From NCBI GenBank assembly GCA_031384385.1, contig JANNAN010000017.1, positions 3,020-67,019 of the forward strand: a DNA stretch of 64,000 bases, in the 5' to 3' direction. The DNA is from Candidatus Tayloriibacteriota bacterium (GTDB lineage Bacteria; Patescibacteriota; Minisyncoccia; Phycocordibacterales; PALSA-1337). Shown here in pieces: positions 1 through 8,857 of this stretch (positions within the stretch are counted from its first letter, which is position 1; each line of letters begins with the position of its first letter). The notes beneath the pieces were generated by a model. It saw nothing but the letters and a program-made list of their open reading frames with translations. It had not been told where the DNA came from and made no database searches. The translations under genes and the position numbers were made by a program.

Positions 1-290
1 TTAAACCAAACACAATGAATTTTTCCACTTTCGTCTTCAATCCAAGCATCAGCCATTGCTATTTTTGTTTTGAACCCTTTACTAGTTTTTAATTTAGAAA
101 TTTTTCCAAAAATAACTGCAGTATCACCTTTTCCCAATGAAGAAATATTTCTAGTTTCAGAAATATCACCATAACGAGAAGGGAAATGATATAGCAAATC
201 CATAATGGTTTCTAAACCAAGTTTTTTAAGTGCAATTTTTTGCGGTGGTATAAGTCGTGAATGATCTGTGATTAGTGAATCGTATTGCAT
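1..290 (-). CDS. recG: ATP-dependent DNA helicase RecG, N-terminal part (runs off the window)
   Basis: Manual translation MQYDSLITDHSRLIPPQKIALKKLGLETIMDLLYHFPSRYGD...DESGKIHCVWF. The LKKLG..T..DLL.HFP.RY.D and D.SG.I..VWF motifs are typical of the RecG wedge domain. Absent from the ORF track because it is truncated. Confidence 0.85.
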   Translation of the reverse strand, partial: MQYDSLITDHSRLIPPQKIALKKLGLETIMDLLYHFPSRYGDISETRNISSLGKGDTAVIFGKISKLKTSKGFKTKIAMADAWIEDESGKIHCVWF

Positions 291-322
291 TTGCTCATTA
301 TACGATATAATCTAAGAAGAAT

Positions 323-410
323 GGAATCGTGGTGGAGTGGTCTAACATACCTCTTTGCTAAAGAGGCAGGCCCTTTAAAGGTCTCGAGGGTTCGAATCCC
401 TCCGATTCCG
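323..410 (+). tRNA. tRNA-Ser(GCT)
   Basis: Acceptor GGAATCG/CGATTCC, anticodon arm CCTCT-TTGCTAA-AGAGG, long variable arm, GGTTCGAATCC T-arm, discriminator G; CCA not encoded. Confidence 0.95.
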
Positions 411-555
411 CAATGATCCACGAAGAAGCCTGAATGGCTTCTGAGTTGGAGCGTCTTGGGAATACCGAGGAGATGAGAAGACCGGACTGAGCGAAGGCGA
501 AGGAGGCGGGGTCGAGGAAATTTCCAGCAGGAAATTATCCGTGACCGAATCCCTC
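411..555 (+). other. GC-rich structured element directly after tRNA-Ser(GCT)
   Basis: Hairpins GAAGCC/GGCTTC and GGTC..GGA.AATTTCC-AGCA-GGAAATT.TCC..GACC. Ends in CGAATCCCTC (546-555), a direct repeat of tRNA positions 393-402. Confidence 0.5.
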
Positions 556-648
556 TTTTTGAAACAATAAATCTATTTACACAATAGTGTCTTATTATTC
601 TTACATGATATTATTTATTCATATTTAATCTAATCAATAAAAATTATC

Positions 649-1203
649 ATGAATAAAAATAATAAGATTTCGATTTTTGAAGAAAGGGGAATAAAAAAAC
701 ATTGGGATGGGAGTAAAGAATTATGGTACTTTTCAGTGGTGGATGTTATCGCCACTCTTACAGACAGTGATAATCCACAAGTCTATTGGAGAGTTTTAAA
801 AAAACGCTTGTTAGATGAAGGTTTAAATGAAACCGTTACAAAATGTAACGGTTTGAAAATGATTGCAGAAGACGGAAAAATGAGAGAAACAGATGTTGCT
901 GATACAGAAACTTTGCTTAGACTTATTCAATCAATTCCATCGCCAAAAGCAGAGCCTTTTAAATTATGGCTTGCTAAGATTGGTTATGAAAGACTTGAAG
1001 AGACAGCTGATCCAGAGTTGGTTATAAATAGAGCGCTAAAGACATATTTACAAAAAGGGTATAGTTCACAATGGATAAACCAGAGACTTAAAAGTATTGA
1101 AATCAGAAAAGAATTAACTGATGAATGGGAGAAGAGAGGAGTTAAAGATGGGCTTGAGTTTGCGATACTTACGAATGAAATTACAGAAAGAATAATTTAT
1201 TGA
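649..1203 (+). pseudogene. Bro-N/phage antirepressor-like protein, probably C-terminally truncated
   Basis: WYFSVVDVIA.LT, YW.VLK.RL and RLIQSIPSPKAEPFKLWLA motifs; the ORF stops abruptly after LTNEIT. Confidence 0.65.
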
Positions 1204-1224
1204 AATAATATTCAATAACTCACA

Positions 1225-1782
1225 ATGAACAACTTAAAAACATTCATCAAACAATCTGTCAAAAATTTCATTGAAGTTGGGGCTATTTTACCTAGCTCAT
1301 CTTTTCTTGCAAGAAGAATGATAAAAAATATAAAAAGCCCTATTATTCTTGAGCTTGGTCCTGGTACGGGTGTTTTTACAAAAGAGATACTTAAGAAATT
1401 GCCAAAAGATGGAATATTGATTTCAATTGAATCTAATACAGAGTTTTATAATCATTTAAAAAGTAAGATAAAAGATTCAAGATTGAAGCTCTATAATGGT
1501 GATGCTTTATTGATGAATGAATTTCTTCAGAAAAATAATATAAATAAAGTTGATTGTGTCATTTCTGGATTGCCACTAGGTCATTTCAAGAATGAATTTA
1601 GGGATAAAATATTAAATGAAATATCCTTATCTTTAAATGAAAATGGTGATTATATTCAATTTCAATATATTCTTGCGGATATAGTGGGTATAAAGAAAAT
1701 ATTTTCTAATATAAAAATTAGTTATGAATTATTTAATTTCCCTCCAGCTTTTGTAATAATGTGCAAAAAAAGTAAAAAATGA
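1225..1782 (+). CDS. Class I SAM-dependent methyltransferase (PmtA/phospholipid N-methyltransferase-like)
   Basis: VGAILPSS, LELGPGTG, ISGLP, QFQY and NFPPA motifs. Confidence 0.8.
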   Translation: MNNLKTFIKQSVKNFIEVGAILPSSSFLARRMIKNIKSPIILELGPGTGVFTKEILKKLPKDGILISIESNTEFYNHLKSKIKDSRLKLYNGDALLMNEFLQKNNINKVDCVISGLPLGHFKNEFRDKILNEISLSLNENGDYIQFQYILADIVGIKKIFSNIKISYELFNFPPAFVIMCKKSKK

Positions 1783-1798
1783 TAAGCTAGACAACAAT

Positions 1799-1885
1799 GG
1801 AGAGATGGGTGAGTGGTTTAAACCAGCGGTTTACTAAACCGCCGTTCCTTAATCGGAACCGCGAGTTCGAATCTCGCTCTCTCCG
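1799..1885 (+). tRNA. tRNA-Ser with unusual ACT anticodon
   Basis: Acceptor GGAGAGA/TCTCTCC, anticodon arm GCGGT-TTACTAA-ACCGC, long variable arm GTTCC/GGAAC, GTTCGAATC T-loop, discriminator G. Confidence 0.92.
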
Positions 1886-1947
1886 CAAAAAACCAGAAAC
1901 CTCGGAATCGGCGAAAAACGGAGAAAGAATCGCAGAATGTGGAGGGC
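1886..1947 (-). mobile_element. Remnant of the 3' tail of a serine recombinase element abutting tRNA-Ser(ACT)
   Basis: 1905-1947 matches 27551-27593 at 36/43 nt; both start 20 nt after the tRNA discriminator base. Confidence 0.7.
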
Positions 1948-2006
1948 TAAGCAAGCACATATAGATTTGTTTACACTTTGATTTTAAAATATGATAAAAT
2001 AATCCC

Positions 2007-2177
2007 ATGCCTTACTTAACCATAGGTATTCATTACCCTAAACTGGAGCATGGAGAAGAAATTTTGAGTACAATCAAGAGTGTGGCTGATACAGCTCGTA
2101 CTTTACCTGGACTTATTGAAACAGGAGCGTGGTATGATCAATCAGCAGACAGGCTTATGGGATCGCAAGTCGAGTGA
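2007..2177 (+). pseudogene. Short ORF (56 aa) resembling the N-terminal half of an ABM/dimeric alpha-beta barrel protein
   Basis: Manual translation MPYLTIGIHYPKLEHGEEILSTIKSVADTARTLPGLIETGAWYDQSADRLMGSQVE*, preceded by a TGATAAAAT -10-like box. Confidence 0.4.
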
Positions 2178-2263
2178 AAACTTTTTGGGTCTTAAGCAAG
2201 TTGTTTAATACAATATTGTGTTATCATATTAACTATAGAATAATTCATTTTTAATTAAAATCT

Positions 2264-2680
2264 ATGAAAAAAATAATCATAATTACTGTCTCCATATATT
2301 TAGTTTTGATAGTTGCGAAGTCTTTTTATGTAGCATTTAAAGATACTACAGAACAGAGATCTGCAGTATCTTATATTGTTGATACAACAATAAATAAAGA
2401 TCAATTAGTTGCCTCATCAGTAAGTGGAAAATCTGCATCTGGGATAATCGATACTAGAACCTCTTCATCTCCTACAGCAATAAATCCAATAAAATTATCA
2501 AAGGCTGAATATGATAAACTTTCACCTTCACAAAAAAGCTTATGGACATGGATAGTAGACTTTGTTGTTGGGGGGTATTTTATACCAGTTGTATCTAGGG
2601 GTATTCCAAAAAGTTTTGGTGGCAATCCAAATGATTCAAGGGGATGGACCATTGGCTTTACTTTTAGTAAGAGATTCTAG
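2264..2680 (+). CDS. Hypothetical secreted/membrane-anchored protein
   Basis: N-terminal hydrophobic segment; Ser/Thr-rich linker. Confidence 0.6.
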   Translation: MKKIIIITVSIYLVLIVAKSFYVAFKDTTEQRSAVSYIVDTTINKDQLVASSVSGKSASGIIDTRTSSSPTAINPIKLSKAEYDKLSPSQKSLWTWIVDFVVGGYFIPVVSRGIPKSFGGNPNDSRGWTIGFTFSKRF

Positions 2681-2753
2681 TTTTGGTATCTATTAACACT
2701 AAAATACTAGTTATGGTAGTATTTAGCTATAGTAACCATTAATATAAAATAAT

Positions 2754-3008
2754 ATGCCAAAAGCAAATTCAGCATTCATGAAGCCATTAAGTGTTAGTGC
2801 AGACCTAGAAGCAGTTGTAGGAAAAGGTCCTATGCCAAGATCAGAGGTTGTAAAGGCTCTATGGGTTTATATAAAAAAGAATAATCTTCAAGATCCAGCT
2901 AAGAAAAGAAATATTGTTGCAGATGAACCTCTTAAAAAAGTTTTTGGTGGTAAGGCTGTAGTAGATATGTTTGAAATGACGAAGTTAGTTTCAAAGCATC
3001 TTTCATAA
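2754..3008 (+). CDS. Stand-alone SWIB/MDM2 domain protein
   Basis: S.DL.AVVG..PMPRSEVVKALW.YIKKNNLQDP..KR.I..D..LKKVF motif. Confidence 0.9.
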   Translation: MPKANSAFMKPLSVSADLEAVVGKGPMPRSEVVKALWVYIKKNNLQDPAKKRNIVADEPLKKVFGGKAVVDMFEMTKLVSKHLS

Positions 3009-3014
3009 TTTACT

Positions 3015-3317
3015 ATGATAAATTTATTTGCAAATTCATATAGTTCACTCCCTTTGGGTATCGGGAATTGGGGACTAGGATTTCTTACTCTTGGTGCTAT
3101 ATTGCTATTCGCTATAGCCCTAGGTCTGATTGCATTAAAAGGTTATTGTCTTTGGACGGCAGCAAGAAGAAATGAAAATGGATGGTTCGTGGCGATACTT
3201 CTTGTTAATACATTAGGTGTTCTAGAATTAATCTATCTATATTTTATTGTAGAAAAATGGAAGAAAAATAAAATAGAGAAGACAGAAACAACAACGACAA
3301 CACCTAGTGTGCAATAG
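3015..3317 (+). CDS. Small membrane protein (DUF5652-like)
   Basis: KG..LW.AARR....WFVAILLVNTLGVLELIY motif. Confidence 0.7.
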   Translation: MINLFANSYSSLPLGIGNWGLGFLTLGAILLFAIALGLIALKGYCLWTAARRNENGWFVAILLVNTLGVLELIYLYFIVEKWKKNKIEKTETTTTTPSVQ

Positions 3318-3924
3318 TTAGACACTCTACATTCCGATAATCATTTAAAAGAAGCTCATCACGGGCTTCTTTTAGTGTACTTCCAGTCGTAGTTACATCA
3401 TCAATTATTATTATTTTTTGATTTGTTTTTAGTAATTTACTTACCTTAAAGATATTTTTTGCATTACCTATTCTTTCGTCTCTATTTTTAAAAGTTTGTT
3501 TTTCTATATCCTTTTGGCGTATTAAAATATTAAAATCCTTAATAAATACATTTTTACAATCTAATTTAATTATTTCATCGATTATCAATTCGGCCTGATT
3601 GTATCCTCTTTCTTTTCTGCGTTTCTTGGAAATTGGTATTGGTATAAGTATGATCTTATCTAGATTTAATTTAACTAATTCATTATATAAAGCATAGCCA
3701 GCACACCTTAATGCATGCTTATTCTTTTTATATTTAATTTGCCAAATCATTTCACGAATTATTGGATTTTTATACGAAAATATCGAAGAAATGAAGGGGA
3801 ATTCAGTCTTAGTTGATCTGGGTGCATTTTCTAGTAATTCTTCAGAAGAAATATTACGAAGCTCTATTTCCTCTGGTTTTGGTGGGAAAATGAAATCGAT
3901 AATGTAATTAAATATATTCTGCAT
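3304..3924 (-). CDS. comF: ComF family phosphoribosyltransferase-like competence protein
   Basis: IPIP...R.KERGYNQAE, R..N..N.F and IIIDDVTTTGSTL motifs; start placed at MQNIF. Confidence 0.88.
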   Translation of the reverse strand: MQNIFNYIIDFIFPPKPEEIELRNISSEELLENAPRSTKTEFPFISSIFSYKNPIIREMIWQIKYKKNKHALRCAGYALYNELVKLNLDKIILIPIPISKKRRKERGYNQAELIIDEIIKLDCKNVFIKDFNILIRQKDIEKQTFKNRDERIGNAKNIFKVSKLLKTNQKIIIIDDVTTTGSTLKEARDELLLNDYRNVECLTIAH

Positions 3925-3968
3925 TATATTATTATACAGCATAGTATTCTCTGTGATATAATGTTTCT

Positions 3969-5087
3969 ATGTCTTTTTTGACTGATATTTTTTTAAATTT
4001 ATTTTCTAAACAAAGCCAAAGCGTTCTTGGTATTGATATTGGATCATCAGCCATAAAAGTTGTTCAAATAAAGAAAAAACGAGGAAGAGCTGTATTAGAA
4101 ACATATGGAGAACTTGCTCTCGGTCCTTATGCAGATACAGAGGTTGGTAGAGCAACTAGTCTTTCTGTCGAAAAAACAATAGAAGCTCTAAAGGATATTT
4201 TAAGAGAATCAAAGACCACGACTATTTCATCTGGAATTGCTTTGCCATTATCTTCAAGTCTAATTTCTTTTATTACAATTCCTATTGTTCCAGAAAAACA
4301 AGTAGCAGAGGTCATATCTCTTGAAGCAAGAAAATATATTCCAGTTCCAATGAGTGAAGTTTCTTTAGATTATTCTCTTATTCCAAAAGAAGATTCGTAT
4401 TCCTATACAGATGAAAAAGGAATAGATACAGCCCAAAAACAAACTCAAGATGCATTGGTTGTTGCCATTCACAATGAATATTTAAATAATTATCAAGCTA
4501 TTAGTGTAGGAACTGGCCTTCAGCCAGCATTTTATGAAATTGAGATTTTTAGTTCAATTCGTGCTGTTGTAGAGCAGGGAATACAAGCAGTTATGATTAT
4601 TGATATGGGTGCAAGAGTTACAAAACTTTATATTATTGAAAGAGGAATTTTGCGTGCTTCACATATTATTAATAGAGGTTCACAAGATATTACTTTAGCT
4701 ATTTCTAAATCTTTAAGTATTAGTGTAAATGAAGCAGAAAATATGAAAAGAACCTATGGATTGAAGGGTGGGCCAGAATATAAAGAGCTTACAGAAATAA
4801 TTACGGTAAATTTAGATTTTATTTTTTATGAATCTAATGCAACTATGTTAAATTATCAAAAAAAATACCAGAAGAATATTAGTAAGGTTATTTTGACTGG
4901 TGGAGGAGTGCTTTTGAAAGGATTTACAGATTTGGCTCGTATAAGTTTTCAAACAGAAATTGTTTATGCCGATCCATTTAGTCATTTGGAGACCCCGGCA
5001 TTCCTTTCAGAGCAATTCGCCCAAGCTGGACCAGAGTTCGCTGTTGCTATCGGTTGTGCATTGCGTAGAATTTCAGAATTAGAATAG
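3969..5087 (+). CDS. pilM: Type IV pilus assembly protein PilM
   Basis: LGIDIGSSAIKVV, EARKYIP.P, IDMGA and ILTGGG actin-like ATPase motifs. Confidence 0.92.
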   Translation: MSFLTDIFLNLFSKQSQSVLGIDIGSSAIKVVQIKKKRGRAVLETYGELALGPYADTEVGRATSLSVEKTIEALKDILRESKTTTISSGIALPLSSSLISFITIPIVPEKQVAEVISLEARKYIPVPMSEVSLDYSLIPKEDSYSYTDEKGIDTAQKQTQDALVVAIHNEYLNNYQAISVGTGLQPAFYEIEIFSSIRAVVEQGIQAVMIIDMGARVTKLYIIERGILRASHIINRGSQDITLAISKSLSISVNEAENMKRTYGLKGGPEYKELTEIITVNLDFIFYESNATMLNYQKKYQKNISKVILTGGGVLLKGFTDLARISFQTEIVYADPFSHLETPAFLSEQFAQAGPEFAVAIGCALRRISELE

Positions 5088-5142
5088 ATATACACAGTCA
5101 GGCACTTCTTATTTATCTATTGTTCTAGTATAATTTAAATAA

Positions 5143-5766
5143 ATGGAAACTAAATTTCAAACATCGTTCATTCCTAAAAAACCTTTGATATCAGATTCAA
5201 AGACCCACTCTTCTGGTGGTGGCACAAGTGTATTGATGATTATTGGATCTTTGATATTTGTATTCTCTCTTGCTGGAGCTGTCTTTACTCTTATTTGGCA
5301 AAATGTATTAAATAAGGATCAAGTAGCTTATAAGGCTCAACTAGCAGATAGTGAAAAGAGATTCAATACTACTTTGATTAAAGATCTAAAAAGATCAAAT
5401 ACAAAAATAGATTTTAGTAAAAAATTATTAAATGATCATCTTGCTGCATCATCAATTTTCTCTATAATCAGTGCCTTGACAATAGAGGGAGTTAGGTTTA
5501 ATAGTTTTGATTTTACGGCTCCAGGAAAAGATTCCGATGGGGTAAAGATTTCTATGAGAGGGGTGGGGAGTAGTTTTAGTGCCATTGCTTTTCAATCTAG
5601 TGTATTTGGTGAATCAGAAAAATATGGTTCAAATAAGATTTTAAAAAATCCTGTTCTTTCAGATCTTTCTCTTGATCAGAATGGTAATGTTGGATTTACT
5701 TTTACATCTACTATAAATCCAGCAGAAATTTCTTATGATAAGATTTTAAATTCTACAACAAAATAA
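5143..5766 (+). CDS. PilN-like pilus assembly protein
   Basis: N-terminal FQTSFIPKK (equivalent to INLLP), single TM, coiled coil; follows pilM. Confidence 0.7.
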   Translation: METKFQTSFIPKKPLISDSKTHSSGGGTSVLMIIGSLIFVFSLAGAVFTLIWQNVLNKDQVAYKAQLADSEKRFNTTLIKDLKRSNTKIDFSKKLLNDHLAASSIFSIISALTIEGVRFNSFDFTAPGKDSDGVKISMRGVGSSFSAIAFQSSVFGESEKYGSNKILKNPVLSDLSLDQNGNVGFTFTSTINPAEISYDKILNSTTK

Positions 5767-5770
5767 TTCT

Positions 5771-6346
5771 ATGAATAAAAACCTAACACCAATAATACTT
5801 GTGATACTAGCAGTCGGAATATATTTTACTTTTACTGCTGGAAAAATCGATGAATTAAAATCTATTCAGTCTGTTAATGCTGGATATCAACAAGCTTTAA
5901 ATAATTCAGAAAAGCTAATCAAGGTTCGTGATACTGTTTTGAAAAATTATAATAATATTTCTGAAGAAGATCGTGCTCGTCTTGATAAAATGTTGCCAGA
6001 TAATGTAGATAATGTTCGTCTAATTATTGATGTTAATGGTGTTGGGGCTAGGCACGGTTTATTTTTAAAAAATATAAAAACAAATGCAACCAATATAATT
6101 CCGACGGCAGAAATTACAAAGGGAAGTATTATTACAACAAAAAATAATGTAAATGGTTCTCAAGGGTATGAAACAGTAACTCTTTCATTTAATGTAACAA
6201 CAGACTATCAAACATTCATTGATTTATTGAAGGATTTAGAAATGAGTTTAAGAATTATGGATATTTCAAAAATTACACTTAATGCAAATGATGGTAAAAA
6301 TTATGAATACAGTGTTGAGTTAAAAACATATTGGTTAAAACAATAA
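5771..6346 (+). CDS. pilO: PilO-like pilus assembly protein
   Basis: TM plus coiled coil, KMLP, and Y..F..LL.DLE.SLRIMDI C-terminal motif. Confidence 0.75.
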   Translation: MNKNLTPIILVILAVGIYFTFTAGKIDELKSIQSVNAGYQQALNNSEKLIKVRDTVLKNYNNISEEDRARLDKMLPDNVDNVRLIIDVNGVGARHGLFLKNIKTNATNIIPTAEITKGSIITTKNNVNGSQGYETVTLSFNVTTDYQTFIDLLKDLEMSLRIMDISKITLNANDGKNYEYSVELKTYWLKQ

Positions 6347-6350
6347 TTAT

Positions 6351-6701
6351 ATGAATAATAATAAATCATCATCAACTAAGTCAATAATTATTTTTATAGC
6401 TGTTATCGTTGTTGCTGGTTTATTATTCTTCTATTTTTTGGGCAATAAAACTCCAGATTCTAATTCTTCAATAGATACAGAGGGTGGTTCATCAGAAACT
6501 CAAATTGCTGGTGCAAGAGTTCTTACTTTATTAAATCAAGTCTCTTCTTTAAAAATTGATAAAAGCCTATTTGATAGCGCAAGTTACAGATCTTTAGTCG
6601 ATTATACTGTTAATATACCAGAACAGAATGTTGGTAGACCAAATCCATTTGCACCTATTGGTGGTATAACCAATGGTACAAGTACAGCAAAAGGGCGTTA
6701 A
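6351..6701 (+). CDS. Small single-TM pilus-associated protein (PilP position)
   Basis: TM segment, GRPNPF motif, operon context. Confidence 0.6.
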   Translation: MNNNKSSSTKSIIIFIAVIVVAGLLFFYFLGNKTPDSNSSIDTEGGSSETQIAGARVLTLLNQVSSLKIDKSLFDSASYRSLVDYTVNIPEQNVGRPNPFAPIGGITNGTSTAKGR

Positions 6702-6713
6702 TTTAATTTTTAT

Positions 6714-8426
6714 ATGAGTATAATCGATATACTACTTTCAAAAAATCTTATAGGTAAAGATGATGTCACTGAATTAAGACAAAGAGTTTCCAAAGGAGAA
6801 TCTTTGGATCAAGTTTTAATTGAAAAAGGAATAGGACCTGATGAAATTTTATCTGCGCATGGTGAATTTTTAAATATCCCAATACGCGCATTGGGAGATA
6901 CTATTGTTCCTTTTGAAGCACTTGATTATATTCCTGAAGAATCAGCTACTCATTATAAATTTGTTCCAATTGCAATTAAAGCTGGAGTTCTTGAGGTAGG
7001 AATTGTTGATCCAGACAATATTGAAGCTCGTGATGCTTTAAATTTTATTGCCGCAAAGAAAAATATTCCTTATAAAGTTTTTCTTATAAATATAGATGAT
7101 TTTAACAAAGTAATTGAATCGTATAAAGGAATTGGCGGAGAGGTGTCCAAAGCTCTTACTGAACTTGAATCTGTGCTCTCTGTTGATACGGGTGATTCAA
7201 TTGATTTAAAACAAGCAAAAACTGACGATTCAGATGCAATCATTATTGAAGATGCGCCGGTAGTAAAAATCGTTGCTTCTATTGTTAGATATGCTACAGA
7301 AGGAAATGCTTCTGATGTACACATAGAACATATGAGAGACAAAATTCGTGTGCGTTTTCGTGTCGATGGTATTTTAAATACAAGTTTAGTTCTTCCTCCA
7401 CAAGTTCATGGAGCTGTAGTTTCTCGTATTAAAATTCTTTCAAATATGAAACTTGATGAAAAACGCAAGCCGCAAGACGGTCGTTTTTCTGCAAGAATTG
7501 ATGGAAGAAAAATAGATTTCCGTGTTTCAACCTTTCCAGCTTATTATGGAGAGAAGGTTGTGATGCGTATCCTTGATCAAGAAAAAGGTGTTAAAAAAAT
7601 AGATGATTTGGGCATGACATCAAAAAATCTAGCCCTTTTAAAAGAAGCAATTCAAAGACCATACGGGTTGATACTTTTGACTGGTCCGACTGGTTCAGGA
7701 AAATCTACTACTCTCTATTCTATGTTAAATGAAGTAGATAAAGAAAGTTATAATGTGCTTTCTCTAGAAGATCCTATTGAATACAATATGGACGGTGTAA
7801 GTCAATCACAAGTTCGTCCAGAAATTGGTTATACATTCGATTCAGGACTTCGTACTACTCTTCGTCAAGATCCAGATATTATAATGGTGGGAGAAATTCG
7901 AGATAAGGAAACTGCGCAGCTTGCTGTGCAAGCTGCGCTTACTGGTCACCTTGTATTTTCTACACTCCATACAAATAATGCTGCAGGCGTGATCCCTCGT
8001 CTTATAGATATGGGTGTTGATCCTTTCCTTATCGCTCCCACACTTATCTGTGCGATTGCCCAGCGTCTAGTTGGAACATTACCACCCGGTGCGGGAAAAC
8101 CTCTGCCAGTTGAGGGTAGTATAAAAATGATGATAGATAAACAATTTTCTGATCTCCCAGAACAATATAAAAAAGATATTCCTTTTTCAGATACAGTTTA
8201 TGGAATTGCACCAACAGCAGAATGTCCAAGAGGTACTAGAGGGCGTATGGCTGTATTTGAAGTATTTAAAATGGATAAAGAAATTGAAAATGCAATTCTT
8301 ACAAATCCAACAGAGCTTGAAATCAGCAGACTGCTTCGCCAAGAGGGTATGATAACAATAAAAGAAGATGCAATGATTAAGGCATTTCAAAAACTTGTTC
8401 CTTTTGAAGAAGTTAATAAGCTTTAA
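6714..8426 (+). CDS. pilB: Type IV pilus extension ATPase PilB/GspE
   Basis: ASDVHIE, PQDGR, Walker A GPTGSGKST, EDPIEY, LRQDPDIIMVGEIRD and TGHLVFSTLHTN motifs. Confidence 0.95.
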   Translation: MSIIDILLSKNLIGKDDVTELRQRVSKGESLDQVLIEKGIGPDEILSAHGEFLNIPIRALGDTIVPFEALDYIPEESATHYKFVPIAIKAGVLEVGIVDPDNIEARDALNFIAAKKNIPYKVFLINIDDFNKVIESYKGIGGEVSKALTELESVLSVDTGDSIDLKQAKTDDSDAIIIEDAPVVKIVASIVRYATEGNASDVHIEHMRDKIRVRFRVDGILNTSLVLPPQVHGAVVSRIKILSNMKLDEKRKPQDGRFSARIDGRKIDFRVSTFPAYYGEKVVMRILDQEKGVKKIDDLGMTSKNLALLKEAIQRPYGLILLTGPTGSGKSTTLYSMLNEVDKESYNVLSLEDPIEYNMDGVSQSQVRPEIGYTFDSGLRTTLRQDPDIIMVGEIRDKETAQLAVQAALTGHLVFSTLHTNNAAGVIPRLIDMGVDPFLIAPTLICAIAQRLVGTLPPGAGKPLPVEGSIKMMIDKQFSDLPEQYKKDIPFSDTVYGIAPTAECPRGTRGRMAVFEVFKMDKEIENAILTNPTELEISRLLRQEGMITIKEDAMIKAFQKLVPFEEVNKL

Positions 8427-8449
8427 TTTTCTTGTGATATAATAAATAT

Positions 8450-8854
8450 ATGGATACATCAAATACAAATAAAAAACTTTCCATACTCTTCGTTGACGAT
8501 GATCAATTTTTGCTTGATATGTATTCTCTGAAATTTTCAAATAATAATTTTGATGTTCATATTGCAAGAAATCCAGAAGAAGCTTTGAAAATACTTAGAA
8601 ATAATTTTATTCCAGATATTATGTTACTTGATGTTGTGATGCCTGGAATGGATGGTATTGAACTTCTGACTATTATTCGCAATGAAAATTTGGCAAAGGG
8701 AAGTGTAGTCATAATGCTTACAAATCAAGGTCTCCCAGATGATGTGATTAAGGCCAAAAAACTCAATGTAGATGGCTATTTAATAAAAGCCACTACTATT
8801 CCTTCCGAAGTTTTATCTGAGGTAAATAAAATTTATTCAAATTTAAGAAAATAA
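8450..8854 (+). CDS. Single-domain response regulator (CheY/PilH-like)
   Basis: VDDD, LLDVVMPGMDG, MLTN and K motif residues of a receiver domain. Confidence 0.9.
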   Translation: MDTSNTNKKLSILFVDDDQFLLDMYSLKFSNNNFDVHIARNPEEALKILRNNFIPDIMLLDVVMPGMDGIELLTIIRNENLAKGSVVIMLTNQGLPDDVIKAKKLNVDGYLIKATTIPSEVLSEVNKIYSNLRK

Positions 8855-8857
8855 TAT

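Noticed and set aside
1787-2008. 73-aa minus-strand ORF
   Set aside because: It is the antisense reading of tRNA-Ser(ACT) plus the recombinase-tail relic, not an independent gene.
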